This document shows, in pieces, positions 19,960-30,630 of a DNA stretch of 64,000 nt; the first letter of the stretch is position 1; the number at the start of each line of letters is the position of its first letter. Origin of the DNA: a virus; the IMG/VR virus record IMGVR_UViG_3300009011_000012, positions 1 to 64,000 of that record. The stretch is one strand, 5' to 3'. The position numbers and the translations under genes were made by a program. The notes beneath the pieces are model-generated. The model saw only the letters and a list, made by a program, of their open reading frames with translations. It was not told the DNA's origin and did no database searches.

Positions 19960-21396
19960 CTACGGATAGCTGATTGATTCGAAGTCAGACGACTCAACAT
20001 TGAGATAAACGAAGTCATTCATCAATACGGCGTCACTCATATCAATCGCCTCAACATCATAGGAAATAAATAACCCTGTATCCTCGATAACACGCCAAAT
20101 ATCTTTAACCTTTACCTGAGCGTAATATTGTTGCTGTGAATCATCCTCACTTTGAAGTAATTTGCTGAATGATGGCGAATCTTTCCCGAAGTTATTCTCT
20201 AACGCCTCCTTCAGATCCTTGCGGGCGTCATCAATAAGAACGCTTTTTTTGGCCGTTCCGCTGAACTTGATAGTGAATGGTTTTTCGTTTGTCGGCACAT
20301 ATTCGAAGTGCTTGTTTAGCTCGTTAGGGATGGGGGCCAGTGCTTCAAGAATCTCTGAAGCTAGCTTTTCCTGCGATACACCCGGTTTATGCCCACAGAA
20401 GAAGATACGGTTAATATTTCGTACATCAAAACCGGTTATGCTCTCTTGAACAGCCTCTCCCCAGACGTTCAGCCAAGAGGTGCCACTAACTGCACCTTGC
20501 ACAAAATGACGATAGTCGCCACCCCATACAACCTGCTCATCAAAGGGAACGTAGTATTGCGCACGATTTCTCGTTTCTTCGGTTGATTCCATACCGCCGC
20601 CGCCGGAGATAACAGAATCAGTTACGATTTCGAGGACGTCCGCATATTTAGCGATATTACCGGCTGCTTCAAGCTTCTGTCCCTGAGCAAGGGTGTAATC
20701 CCCCAGGCTTGCCAGAATATCGAGCCGAACCTGGCAACCAGCTGGTGGCATCATTCCCATGGAGCCATCACCGAACCGTACCCCTAGCTGCTCTGTAGGT
20801 TTATATACCAGCGCATAGTGTTTACTATCACTGCGTGACATACGGAATAGTGGGTTACGAGTCCATACCTGCTCCTCGTCTCCATTCACAATGATAACTG
20901 ACAACTCTGAAACTTCAGCCGTAATATCCCGAGTAAGCAGTAAAGTTAGGAATGGTTTTTCTTCTGCAATATCGAAGCTAACACTGATCGCTTCTTGCTG
21001 CTTGACTGGCACGCCATAGACAGTTTCGCCGGGACCAATTGTCACGGTGTTATCACATGATAATGGGGTTTGATCCGATGTGAGTATTTCCCCGCCAGAG
21101 GGCAGAATTATGCTTTCAGAAGATTTATTTTTGATTGATACCGTGCCATGAGATGCCTCAACAAAACGCCCTACATATCCACGATCTTCCGCTGCGGCGA
21201 GGATACTAGATCGACGTGTTGCAGTCGTGATAAAACCCTCAACCAGTGCCCTGCTTGCGTAGGTCTGAGCAATATATATAACCTGCGCGCCTAGGACGGC
21301 CATCATCTGCGCAAACTGACTGTTAACGAACCTCGACCACCAGCTGTTTTCGCTCAGTTTGGCGTTAAATTTCTCTAAAACCTCGGAGATACTCAC
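19960..21396 (-). CDS. bplA: Baseplate wedge protein BplA (gpJ/T4 gp6-like)
   Basis: GTG start after GGAGG; TATRRSSILAAAE and VRFGDG motifs. Confidence 0.88.
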   Translation of the reverse strand: MSISEVLEKFNAKLSENSWWSRFVNSQFAQMMAVLGAQVIYIAQTYASRALVEGFITTATRRSSILAAAEDRGYVGRFVEASHGTVSIKNKSSESIILPSGGEILTSDQTPLSCDNTVTIGPGETVYGVPVKQQEAISVSFDIAEEKPFLTLLLTRDITAEVSELSVIIVNGDEEQVWTRNPLFRMSRSDSKHYALVYKPTEQLGVRFGDGSMGMMPPAGCQVRLDILASLGDYTLAQGQKLEAAGNIAKYADVLEIVTDSVISGGGGMESTEETRNRAQYYVPFDEQVVWGGDYRHFVQGAVSGTSWLNVWGEAVQESITGFDVRNINRIFFCGHKPGVSQEKLASEILEALAPIPNELNKHFEYVPTNEKPFTIKFSGTAKKSVLIDDARKDLKEALENNFGKDSPSFSKLLQSEDDSQQQYYAQVKVKDIWRVIEDTGLFISYDVEAIDMSDAVLMNDFVYLNVESSDFESISYP

Positions 21397-21764
21397 GATT
21401 CCTCCTGCTTTTTCTTCATGATCACACTCGTTCCACCACCATGGGCAAAAAAGCTGATTTGTAATTCGTCCATGCTCAGAGCCGCACAACGAATTGACTC
21501 GATGTTTAAGCCCGGCAAATCCTCTCCCAACTTCGTTACCAACCTGCCTTCGATGGCCACTTCTACTAAGTGACTTGTTTCCGAACCAATAGGCTCGTGT
21601 TTGAACTCCTCCATAGGATTTCCCCAATGCGGCAGCCCGTAAACGCTCCCGGAAGGAGTGCGTAACCATTCGTGTAGCCGGGCCATCCATACATCTTTTT
21701 GTCCCTTTGCAATGACAATTCCGTTCTCGTCCACGCTTAAAAGGGCGTCCACCTCATAAAACAT
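21393..21764 (-). CDS. pmgA: PmgA baseplate protein (T4 gp25-like)
   Basis: EWLRTPSGSVYGLPHWGN; lies between sit and bplA. Confidence 0.8.
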   Translation of the reverse strand: MFYEVDALLSVDENGIVIAKGQKDVWMARLHEWLRTPSGSVYGLPHWGNPMEEFKHEPIGSETSHLVEVAIEGRLVTKLGEDLPGLNIESIRCAALSMDELQISFFAHGGGTSVIMKKKQEES

Positions 21765-21766
21765 GC

Positions 21767-24700
21767 TCAATCCTCCAACAGAACATCCAGTGATGGGTCA
21801 CTAATTGTGGTGCTGGCACGTTCCCTCGGCTGCGGCTGGGCCGTTTTAACCACTTTGTCAGGGTCTCCTTTGCTTCCGCTTTTGGTGGCTCCCAGGATGT
21901 CCTTAAGAACGCTGTACACACCGTCCAGCGTTTTCAACATAGCCGGATCGTTATTTATGTTGTCAGTGGTTAAAGTTTGTCGAACGCCGCTTCGGGCTAG
22001 GTCTGTTACCGTTGGCAGTTGCTGCGGCATACTTAGGAAAGGCTCTTGCCTCTTCGGTTTCGCACCAAATAGAGTATTGTTTAGGCCACTTGTTGTGGAA
22101 CTGACAGTGGATGCAGCTGACTGAAGCCCGCCGTCGAGTAATTCCCCAGCTTTTTGGGTTAAAGGACTCACAGCACGCGCTATGTCGGTATTTCCCCCTG
22201 TAACTTGTGTCATCAGGTCGTCAATTACCCCACCGCCGCTAATCCCGCCAATCACTCTTGAGACATGCTCACCTGCAGTCGGCAAAATGGAAGAACCGAT
22301 ATTCTTTAAGCCCTCTACAGAGGATGAGAGGAATGATGTATCTCCCCCCTCACCTTTCTCTATGACCTTGTAACCATTGTTGTAGACGGGGATTCCGCGT
22401 TCATTTAGCGGCGGGTTTAAATCATCTTGACTGGCGGTACCTAACAGGTCGATATCCGCTCTTTTATCTGAGTCCTGGTGGGCACTAGAACGTTTCACTT
22501 GCTGGAGAGCCGCCAGAGGTGCCGCCGGAGTGAAGCCAACCTTTTTTCCTGTCCAGCCCTGAACTTTGGCGCTGATCTGTTTATCCAGCTCACGGGATTT
22601 CGCTATTGCAGCCTGGATGGCTTCAGGTGTATTGGCCGACATCAGCCCAGTCATAGCAGATGTGGAAGAAGCGCCTAAATCCCCTATGGTTGACATTACG
22701 CCACCTTGCGGTACCTGAGAGGCGGCAGTCTCTTCAGTGAGAAGTCCTGCGGGTGCAGCTGTCAGTGTCTTAGCTGAATGCTGATGTGCCATTTTAAATG
22801 CCGTTTCGCTCGACACATTTGGCTTTGGGGATAATACGTGCGTTGGTACTGGCTTCTTCACTGATTGCGCGCGTTGCGCCACTTCTGAGTCGGTAATTGG
22901 CGTTTTAAAAGACACAGCATTTTTTTGTGGTGCCAGTGCTGTGCCTGTGGAGTTAGCCAATTTCACCTTACTACCGAAGCTGTATTGGGAATCTGCCGCA
23001 ATAGCCTGCTCGCCGTTAGCAGTCCGCGCGGCATTTATCTTCGTTAGCGATTCGTCAGAGAACTTGCCTTCCCACTTACCAGTATCCCTGTTGAATGTTC
23101 CCAGAGCGTCTTTAATGTACCCATCGTTGACTGCAGGATTTCCGCCCTCTTTCGTCGCAATGGCGCGAACGAGGCGGGTCATCACTTCAGGGTCGGAAGC
23201 GTCGATCTTTTCGTTAGGGGATACGCCCAGATAATCACAGACGTTTTTGATGTACTGATTCGTGTTATTTTCGTTCGGCGGAGCCCATTTAGAAATAATG
23301 CTCGATACTGTCTGAAGTTTCTCGTAGCCAGCAGCCTTGCTGGTACCCTCGTAGTAACTGGATACCTGATTTGCTAATCCACGAATGCCCTCTTCAGGCG
23401 TGTTGAATTTGGCGAAACGCCTTTCACCATTGGAGTTAGCGGTTTCTAGGCTTGCGCCTTCTTGGTTTGCATATACCAGGTTGCCCGGGTTGTTGTTGCG
23501 AAAATTACGGTTCTTAGCGTTGCTTCCACCAATATTTAGATCCGCTGCGATGTTATTGGCCGCTGGTGCCGTGAATTCAGCTTTTGATGTGTAACCATGC
23601 TCGCCGACACCATCCTCGCCAAACTGTCCCCCTTGTAACTGCCCTTTTAACCCTTCGATCGCAGAAACAGTTTTTCGAGTGCCATCTTCGATGGAGGTCT
23701 TGAGTTGTTTGGTACTGTCCTCATCTGACTTAAAGCCTGATTTAACCTTATCGACAACGTTGGCCGCTGCCCCAAATGCTAAGTTTTTAGCCCCCGAAAA
23801 TATCGATTGGGCGAAGTCCATTCCGCCCTCTAACCCACGTGCGATAGAGTCAGTTCCGACTGACTGAAGTTTATCCCCTGTTCCACTTAGACCAACTGCT
23901 GAAAGTCCTTGGCCAACAAGATTGGTGGCTCCAGTTAACAGCCCGCCCATATCTAACACGTTAGCACCGGCATAAGCGGTTTTCTGTTTAGTCGATACCT
24001 CTTTGCCTTCGGCTACCCCGAAAGCCTCCCGTTGGGCATCCTCATCGTTAAAGCCCTCTACCGCGTCATAACCAGCAAGAAGCGCAGTGCCGACACCAGG
24101 AATAAAGCGCAAAGCACCCTTGGCTGCAGCCTTTGCTCCCATTTTGGCTGCAGCATGTTCGGTTTCTCTTAACGCCACTGAGCCGGTCACTTTCCCGGCC
24201 TGCTTAGTTGCTGCTGTTTCTACACTTTTTTCGGCTGCGATTCCGGTGGCGCTGCCTGCTTGCTTGGCTACAGCGGCTTCTGTCCCTTTGGCTGTGACTT
24301 GAGCAGCTGCCTTACTTTCTTTCAGTATTGGTTTGGCGGTGTTGGCTGCTGTGTTTGCTCCCTTGGAGCTTAGCGCACCCGCCCCTGTCACTGCACCGAT
24401 TGTTGCCGCTGTACCGGCTGCAACCTTTGCACCGACACTGCTGAAAATTTTACCAATACGTCCGAACCGACCTTTAGGTTTAGTGCCACGCGTTTTTCTG
24501 GTGGACTTCTCAATAGAATCAGGGCGTTCACCTCGATTATGCCCACGGCCAGTTGATCCTCCACCAGCGCGGCGTTTTGTACCCCTTCGACCGCCAGGCC
24601 AACGATTCCTGAAGAAGTCAGACATACTGAAACTGCCACCGGAAGACATAGACTTTCTGAGCTTAATTATCTCGTCTTCTACGTCCTCAAGCGTTCCGAT

Positions 24701-25645
24701 AATACGATCGTCATTACTTGATAGGGCCTTGGTCTGCTCCTGGATCACTTTGACCGATTGGGAAGCTTGGTTTTCTGCAAAAATTTTAGATGAGTTAACT
24801 TTACCCAGCTCTGGAGCAGAAATTGGCTTTGCCTGAGCTGGTGGATAACTCAGAGCTTCCGACTGAGTGATCGATGTAACTTGTGAGGTTTTTTTACCGA
24901 CGTCTTTTTTGTCACCATTTAGCTCATCAACCCACTTTTTGAGCGAGATAGCTTTCCCACCAGTCTCTTTAGCTAACTCCACTACACCGCTGGCTGCCAT
25001 CCATAAAGGACCACCGACTCCCACTCCAGCCGCGTCCGTAACATCATTGCCTTCTGCTTTATCATGCTTATCATCGAGGCCAATTATTGAACCGAGCTTT
25101 CTCAAAAAACCTTCTTGAAGCTTGGCGGTAGCGCTGTTTTGCTTCTTACGGTTGTTGTTCTCAGCTATCTCGGATTGCTTATTTTCCGAGATAAATCGAC
25201 CTTTCCCGTCACGTTGCGCTACTTTTTGGGATGAGTTGGCTATGGGGTCATTATGTATTTTTTTACTATTCTGCCGGTACGATCTTTTTAGAGGCACAGA
25301 GTGCTGCAGATTTTTTTCCGCTGGCTCTGACGTCTGATTGTTATGCAAAACGTTACCGAGATCAGACACCAGTTTAGGCTTACGTCGGGCTTTTTTGGGC
25401 ATTCGGGAAACATAGACATTCTCATGCTGCAGCGCTATTCCAGAGACATCATTCGTGACTACCGGTGCCTGTTTATTTATATGTGAAAGCCTACGTGTAA
25501 CGCGCCCCTGATTTTCGCCAGCGCCCGCTACTAAGGTGCCTTTGGCGGTTATGGCGTTTTTAATATCGGCCAGTGCTTTGAGCTCGTTAGCGCTGGCGTC
25601 CTCGATTGCGCTAATGATTGCGATCCGATCTTGCTGTTTATCCAA
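21767..25645 (-). CDS. sit: Tape measure protein Sit with a lysozyme-like domain
   Basis: 1292 aa, A/G/K-rich; RNNNPGNL...IISKWAPPNENNT peptidoglycan-hydrolase-like motif; synteny. Confidence 0.88.
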   Translation of the reverse strand: MDKQQDRIAIISAIEDASANELKALADIKNAITAKGTLVAGAGENQGRVTRRLSHINKQAPVVTNDVSGIALQHENVYVSRMPKKARRKPKLVSDLGNVLHNNQTSEPAEKNLQHSVPLKRSYRQNSKKIHNDPIANSSQKVAQRDGKGRFISENKQSEIAENNNRKKQNSATAKLQEGFLRKLGSIIGLDDKHDKAEGNDVTDAAGVGVGGPLWMAASGVVELAKETGGKAISLKKWVDELNGDKKDVGKKTSQVTSITQSEALSYPPAQAKPISAPELGKVNSSKIFAENQASQSVKVIQEQTKALSSNDDRIIGTLEDVEDEIIKLRKSMSSGGSFSMSDFFRNRWPGGRRGTKRRAGGGSTGRGHNRGERPDSIEKSTRKTRGTKPKGRFGRIGKIFSSVGAKVAAGTAATIGAVTGAGALSSKGANTAANTAKPILKESKAAAQVTAKGTEAAVAKQAGSATGIAAEKSVETAATKQAGKVTGSVALRETEHAAAKMGAKAAAKGALRFIPGVGTALLAGYDAVEGFNDEDAQREAFGVAEGKEVSTKQKTAYAGANVLDMGGLLTGATNLVGQGLSAVGLSGTGDKLQSVGTDSIARGLEGGMDFAQSIFSGAKNLAFGAAANVVDKVKSGFKSDEDSTKQLKTSIEDGTRKTVSAIEGLKGQLQGGQFGEDGVGEHGYTSKAEFTAPAANNIAADLNIGGSNAKNRNFRNNNPGNLVYANQEGASLETANSNGERRFAKFNTPEEGIRGLANQVSSYYEGTSKAAGYEKLQTVSSIISKWAPPNENNTNQYIKNVCDYLGVSPNEKIDASDPEVMTRLVRAIATKEGGNPAVNDGYIKDALGTFNRDTGKWEGKFSDESLTKINAARTANGEQAIAADSQYSFGSKVKLANSTGTALAPQKNAVSFKTPITDSEVAQRAQSVKKPVPTHVLSPKPNVSSETAFKMAHQHSAKTLTAAPAGLLTEETAASQVPQGGVMSTIGDLGASSTSAMTGLMSANTPEAIQAAIAKSRELDKQISAKVQGWTGKKVGFTPAAPLAALQQVKRSSAHQDSDKRADIDLLGTASQDDLNPPLNERGIPVYNNGYKVIEKGEGGDTSFLSSSVEGLKNIGSSILPTAGEHVSRVIGGISGGGVIDDLMTQVTGGNTDIARAVSPLTQKAGELLDGGLQSAASTVSSTTSGLNNTLFGAKPKRQEPFLSMPQQLPTVTDLARSGVRQTLTTDNINNDPAMLKTLDGVYSVLKDILGATKSGSKGDPDKVVKTAQPQPRERASTTISDPSLDVLLED

Positions 25646-25673
25646 AACATCCTCCCCTGCGCAGCTGCGTGAG

Positions 25674-25855
25674 CTATCTATTTTTCCCGGCCTGAGCCTT
25701 ATATTTCTGTTCCAGCGCTTTGCTCATATGGATAGCTCGCCACTGAGAAAGGCGCTCAACGTCTCCCACCGGCTGATATCCATAAAGAGCAAGGTTGTTA
25801 ATGATGGTTAGCCATCCATTCAGGTCTAATTGATGGGATAAACTCTCGATTGAGA
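25674..25855 (-). CDS. Candidate frameshift extension of PmgB (tail assembly chaperone-like)
   Basis: Open +1 frame overlapping the pmgB 3' end with no convincing RBS/start; GWLTIINNLALYGYQPVGDVERL; directly upstream of the tape measure gene. Confidence 0.5.
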
Positions 25856-26619
25856 AATGGGACGTACAGCGTCGTGGTAACGTCTGCACCCTCCTTTGCG
25901 TTTTTGCATTTTTGCGGAGGTAGGATTAGACGGCTTGTACCATGTTCTATCGACATGAGTAGCCCATGGCGCAGGTCGCGCTGCATGAGCTGAATACGCG
26001 CTACGAGGGGTGTAAATTCGGTTTCTAAAGCCATAGCTTCGATCATTTCGAATCGTCTATTTGCTGCTTCGGTAAAGTCTTCTGGGTCATCGTCGAGAGC
26101 TGTGCATAAAGCAAGTTCAGCTATGCGAAACCGGGACATTCCGGCACTGTATTCTGGGTCTTTCATATCAGGTAGAGAGGCGCGCATACGTTCGAGCATA
26201 TGAGCACCACGACCGGTGAGAGGTTTTAAAGTCCACTGCGTTGGCTTCCCATTCACCGGAACCTGTGTTTTTACGTAAGGCTCTACGGTTAGCAGTTCAA
26301 CTGTTTCGGCCAACTGGTTTAGGTCAATATCTGCATTATGAGAGCTGTTGCAATGGCGGCACTCATAGGAATATGTCATTACCGGATCTGGGCGTGAGTT
26401 AACAAAGATCCACCATAGTGCGGTTCGACGGTCTTGAACGGTCCATTCAGCACTGTCGCTGATCGGTGGTTCTTGCATGGAGTTAAGGTACTCTGTTGTT
26501 GTAACCTCATCTTCACTTGGATTGAAATCGCTGTATTTGATTGCGTCTTTCACCGTTGGAGCATGGAATCTGACTTCGATTTGAGGTTTGGATGGCAATG
26601 GGAAGTTTGGGATATTCAA
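25798..26619 (-). CDS. pmgB: PmgB morphogenetic protein (CxxC)
   Basis: FPLPS.P, WTVQDRRTALWWIF and YECRHC motifs; upstream of sit as in P1. Confidence 0.75.
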   Translation of the reverse strand: MNIPNFPLPSKPQIEVRFHAPTVKDAIKYSDFNPSEDEVTTTEYLNSMQEPPISDSAEWTVQDRRTALWWIFVNSRPDPVMTYSYECRHCNSSHNADIDLNQLAETVELLTVEPYVKTQVPVNGKPTQWTLKPLTGRGAHMLERMRASLPDMKDPEYSAGMSRFRIAELALCTALDDDPEDFTEAANRRFEMIEAMALETEFTPLVARIQLMQRDLRHGLLMSIEHGTSRLILPPQKCKNAKEGADVTTTLYVPFLNREFIPSIRPEWMANHH

Positions 26620-26653
26620 TGTACTCTCCGGTCGGGTTTCTTATGACCAGGCG

Positions 26654-26674
26654 AGCATATTCAGTGTGTGATTT
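26654..26674 (-). promoter_or_regulatory. Candidate late promoter of the pmgB-sit-baseplate operon
   Basis: AAATCACACAC-N4-TATGCT on the minus strand. Confidence 0.6.
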
Positions 26675-26694
26675 TTAACGATATCGCTCTCAAA

Positions 26695-26960
26695 TAGATA
26701 ACCTTTAAAGTTATCCACTGGATAGATCCAATAATAAGATCCTAAATAGATCCTAATATTACCAAACAGATCCCGCTGGGCTTGAGGCCGCGTCAGCTCT
26801 GGCTTGAAGGGCTATCACGATGTGCGCTGGAGGGAGATAAGTGTGTGCTGTAGGGATAATAATGTGCGCTGGAGGGTTGTCAATGTGTGCTGGCGGGATA
26901 TAGGATGTGTGCTGACGGGAACCGGCGGTAAGTTGTCCAATGCCGATAAACTTATCCACA
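26695..26960 (+). other. oriR: P1-type plasmid origin oriR
   Basis: DnaA boxes TTATCCACT (26711) and TTATCCACA (26952); four AGATCC repeats; GC spacer; five iterons. Confidence 0.92.
26819..26922 (+). repeat. incC: Five 19-bp origin iterons (incC-like)
   Basis: TGTGYGCTGnnGGG repeats at 26819, 26840, 26861, 26882 and 26904 (21-22 bp period). Confidence 0.95.
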
Positions 26961-26979
26961 CAACCATGGTAAGCCATTG

Positions 26980-27840
26980 ATGAATCAACCATTTATCTCT
27001 GATGTTCTGTACGCAGACATTGAAAGCAAAGCTAAAGAGTTAACAGTTAATTCAAACAACACAGTACAGCCGGTAGCGTTGATGCGCTTAGGGGTCTTTG
27101 TGCCTAAGCCGACTAAAAACCAAGTTGAAAACAAAGAGATAGATGCGTCCAAGGTATTCTCTCAATTGGAGATCGCTCAGGCCGAAGGTTACGATAATAT
27201 CAAAATCACCGGCCCGCGACTCGATATGGATACTGATTTTAAGGTATGGATTGGCGTAATTTACTCTTTTAGTAAGTACGGCCTATCCTCCAACACGATA
27301 CAGCTATCTTTTCAGGAGTTCGCTAAGGCGTGCGGTTTCCCTTCAAAGCGTCTGGACGGAAAGCTTCGCAACACCATACACGATTCACTCGGTCGTTTGC
27401 GTAACAAAGGTATTTCCTTTAAACGTGGCAAAAGTGCGCGAGGCAGTTACAACACGGGCCTTCTAAAGACTGGTTATTTTGATGCTGAGCGCGACATTGT
27501 TGAGTTGGAAGCAGACTCAAAGTTGTGGGAAATTTTTCAGCTCGATTACCGTGTGCTTTTGCAACAACACGCGCTGCGAGCTCTGCCTAAAAAAGAAGCC
27601 GCCCAAGCAATTTACACATTCATCGAGAGCCTCCCGGCCCGCCCTATCCCTATTTCGTTTGAACGAATTCGCGAGCGCCTGGCTTTGATGTCAACTGTCA
27701 GCGAGCAGAATAGAACCATTAAGAAAGCTATCGAGCAACTGAAGACGATCGGCTACCTTGACTGTTCTATCGAGAAAAAAGGGCGTGAAAACTACATCAT
27801 CGTGCATTCCCGCAATCCTAAGCTCAAGCCTACCGAATAG
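26980..27840 (+). CDS. repA: Plasmid replication initiator RepA (P1/IncY type)
   Basis: MNQPFISDVLYADIESKAKELTVNSNNTVQPVALMRLGVFVPKP is nearly identical to P1 RepA. Confidence 0.97.
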   Translation: MNQPFISDVLYADIESKAKELTVNSNNTVQPVALMRLGVFVPKPTKNQVENKEIDASKVFSQLEIAQAEGYDNIKITGPRLDMDTDFKVWIGVIYSFSKYGLSSNTIQLSFQEFAKACGFPSKRLDGKLRNTIHDSLGRLRNKGISFKRGKSARGSYNTGLLKTGYFDAERDIVELEADSKLWEIFQLDYRVLLQQHALRALPKKEAAQAIYTFIESLPARPIPISFERIRERLALMSTVSEQNRTIKKAIEQLKTIGYLDCSIEKKGRENYIIVHSRNPKLKPTE

Positions 27841-28217
27841 TGTGTGCTGGAGGGCATTGACCTCCATTGTTCGTTTGAAAATGTGCGCTGATGGGAATAC
27901 GCGCACTGACCCAACGTGATTTACCCTACAGCACACATTTTTTTCCCGGCAGCACACATATTACCTCCCATTTTTCCCTGCAGCACACATGCAATTTTGG
28001 CTTTATCCCTTCAGGGCACACGCATGGCCAATCACCCCCTCCAGCACACATATTTTCCGGGCTATTACGTCTATCTTTTCCCCTCCAGCACACATTTTTT
28101 AATGCTCATCCACCCAGCGCACATCCATTTATCGTAAAGTGGGTGCTGGAGGGAGGATTATAGCGCTAACGTTCTAGGTAATACGGCGGTGTTCAAAAAC
28201 TCCCTCCAGCACACATA
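27839..28217. repeat. incA: Copy-control iteron cluster (incA-like), about 11 iterons in mixed orientation
   Basis: Repeated TGTGTGCTGGAGGG / CCCTCCAGCACACA between repA and parA. Confidence 0.92.
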
Positions 28218-28332
28218 TTACGTGCAATAAAATCACGTTTAGCGTTAATTTGTTGCACGTAGGCTTAATTGTTGTACACTCCAAAACTGCAAAAGCAATG
28301 TCCCCAACATTGAAAACTTCATGGAGATCAGA

Positions 28333-29538
28333 ATGAAACGAGATTACGGTGGTGTAGGCTCCATAGCACGCAGGGCTAGCCATTTGCTTGAGTCAATGAG
28401 CAGGGACATTGAAGAGCAGCGCAAAGAGTTTAATTTGACTGAATATTTCCAGACATTTACCCGGAATGCTGTCGCTAAATTACCGAAACTCAGTCGCAGG
28501 ATTGTCGAACAGGCCATTAAAGAAATGGAAGATGAGGGCTACGAGTTCAACAAAAAACAGGTTGGGAATGTCGAACAGTACGCACTGACTATCCAGAACG
28601 TCATTGATATTTACGCTCACCGCAAGATTCCTAAGTATCGTGATACCCATACCTCGCCTTACGTTATCTTTGTTGTGAACCTGAAAGGCGGTGTTTCGAA
28701 GACTGTTAGCACCGTTACTCTCGCTCATGCGCTTCGAGTTCACCAGGATCTTCTTCGCCACGATTTGCGCGTTCTTGTTATTGACCTCGACCCTCAGGCA
28801 TCGAGCACTATGTTCCTGGATCACACACATAGTATCGGTTCTATACTTGAGACGGCGGCTCAGGCGATGCTAAACGACGTTGATACTGAAACGTTGCGTA
28901 AGGATGTGATCCGCCCAACCATCATCCCTGGCGTAGATGTTATTCCTGCTTCTATCGATGATGGATTTGTAGCTAGTGCATGGAAGGAGCTGGTGAACGA
29001 GAACCTTCCAGGTGTTAACCAATATGAAGTGCTTCGCAAGGTTATTATCGATCGCGTAGCTGATGATTATGATTTCATCCTGATTGATACAGGGCCACAC
29101 CTCGATCCATTTTTGCTAAACGGCCTGGCTGCGAGTGACCTGATTCTCACCCCTACCCCACCGGCGCAAGTCGATTTCCATTCGACGTTAAAATACCTTA
29201 CCCGCTTGCCTGAAATGCTGGAAACATTGGAACAAGAAGGCATTGAACCGCGATTGTCCGCCAGTATTGGCTTTATGTCGAAGATGACCGGAAAGCCAGA
29301 TCACCAAGTTTCACACAGCCTTGCTCGTGAAGTATACACCAGCAATATTCTCGACTCGGCCCTGCCGCGACTAGATGGTTTTGAACGATGTGGTGAGACG
29401 TTTGACACTATTATCAGTGCGAACCCTGCATCATATCCTGGTAGTAACGACGCGCTGAAAAAGGCCCGAACAGAAGCGGAGCATTTCACTAAGGCTGTGT
29501 TTGATCGCATCGAGTTCTTGAGGAGCAAAGCGGCATGA
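28333..29538 (+). CDS. parA: Partition ATPase ParA (type Ia, P7-like)
   Basis: MKRDYGGVG N-terminus as in P7 ParA; KGGVSKT Walker A; DLDPQAS. Confidence 0.95.
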   Translation: MKRDYGGVGSIARRASHLLESMSRDIEEQRKEFNLTEYFQTFTRNAVAKLPKLSRRIVEQAIKEMEDEGYEFNKKQVGNVEQYALTIQNVIDIYAHRKIPKYRDTHTSPYVIFVVNLKGGVSKTVSTVTLAHALRVHQDLLRHDLRVLVIDLDPQASSTMFLDHTHSIGSILETAAQAMLNDVDTETLRKDVIRPTIIPGVDVIPASIDDGFVASAWKELVNENLPGVNQYEVLRKVIIDRVADDYDFILIDTGPHLDPFLLNGLAASDLILTPTPPAQVDFHSTLKYLTRLPEMLETLEQEGIEPRLSASIGFMSKMTGKPDHQVSHSLAREVYTSNILDSALPRLDGFERCGETFDTIISANPASYPGSNDALKKARTEAEHFTKAVFDRIEFLRSKAA

Positions 29539-30509
29539 AAAAGAAAATAGTAGCTCGCGGGCGAAGCATTTTAGGCAGTGATAGCTCCGATTTTATCCGT
29601 AGCCTTGATAACCAAGGCGGTGAGAAGGTTTTCACGCTTAAGTCTGGAAAGCAGGCTAAGTTCACTCTAAAGACCATTGTTAGTGATGAAATAGAGCAGA
29701 AAACTTTTGTTGATCCTGCTGTTAATGGTCGCGATCAAAGAAATGTAACTCCCGAGTCAGTGAGCGATATAACGCGAACGATCACTCTTCAGCAATTTTT
29801 CCCGGCAATTGGTCGGGCTGTAGGTGAGCGCATTGAGGTGTTGGATGGTTCCCGTCGTCGAGCTGCTTGTATTTTTAGCGGCTCGAAGTTTGAAATCATG
29901 GTTACAGAAGATGAAATAAGTCTGGAAGATGCCCGCCAACTGGCAAAAGACATCCAGACCGCCCGTGAACATACACTTCGTGAAATTGGGCAGAGATACC
30001 AGCTCATGCACGAGAATGGCATGACAAAGGATGAGATCGCGCGCGCTGAGGGAGTTTCCCCTGCAAGCGTTACCCGCGCGTTCCAAGCCGCTTCGGTACC
30101 AGCTGAGATGGTTGCGCTATTCCCGGTCATCAATGAACTTGCTCTTGCTGATTACCAACTGCTGCTTAAGCTTTCAGAAGAGCTAAACAACAAAGGTGTT
30201 CCCCTGCCAGAATTACTTGCAAAAGTGCAAGAAGACATAAGTGCAGCGGAAGTGGAGAGCGTAACTAAGTCGTTAATCCTGGACTCGTTCAAACGTCACA
30301 CAAAGCAGTTGAACCCGCGACCAGTGAAAACAGTCCAAACTGAAAAGCTGCGTGAGTTCGAAGATAAAAAACAGTTTGCACGTAAGAAAACTGATACGTC
30401 TAAACGCTTAGTGACCTATGAATTTGCTCGACTCCCAGCGTCAGTTCAAGCTGAGTTGGATAAAGCCATTAAGCAGGTAATGGATAACATGCAGGCACCT
30501 GCGAAGTAA
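29535..30509 (+). CDS. parB: Partition protein ParB
   Basis: QQFFPAIGR and EVLDGSRRR motifs, HTH; coupled to parA. Confidence 0.95.
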   Translation: MKKKIVARGRSILGSDSSDFIRSLDNQGGEKVFTLKSGKQAKFTLKTIVSDEIEQKTFVDPAVNGRDQRNVTPESVSDITRTITLQQFFPAIGRAVGERIEVLDGSRRRAACIFSGSKFEIMVTEDEISLEDARQLAKDIQTAREHTLREIGQRYQLMHENGMTKDEIARAEGVSPASVTRAFQAASVPAEMVALFPVINELALADYQLLLKLSEELNNKGVPLPELLAKVQEDISAAEVESVTKSLILDSFKRHTKQLNPRPVKTVQTEKLREFEDKKQFARKKTDTSKRLVTYEFARLPASVQAELDKAIKQVMDNMQAPAK

Positions 30510-30514
30510 AAAAA

Positions 30515-30630
30515 GTGGGAACTTCAGGCAGTTTTCTACCGAAAAGTTCCCACTCAATTATCAATGTTAACTAGCTAATAAATATGGATTTTATTAACTT
30601 CTTTCAATGTGAAATTCCCAAGGCTCACGC
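30515..30630. promoter_or_regulatory. parS: parS centromere (P7-like)
   Basis: TTCCCA box-B-like hexamers and GTGAAAT box A flank an AT-rich IHF-like core just after parB. Confidence 0.65.

Noticed and set aside
21397-21690. N-terminal 98-aa extension of BplA in the ORF track
   Set aside because: Overlaps pmgA; the GTG at 21396 has a proper GGAGG RBS.
26819-28217. Iteron arrays as a CRISPR array
   Set aside because: Repeats are degenerate 19-mers with irregular or 2-3 bp gaps, occur in both orientations and flank repA; no cas genes.
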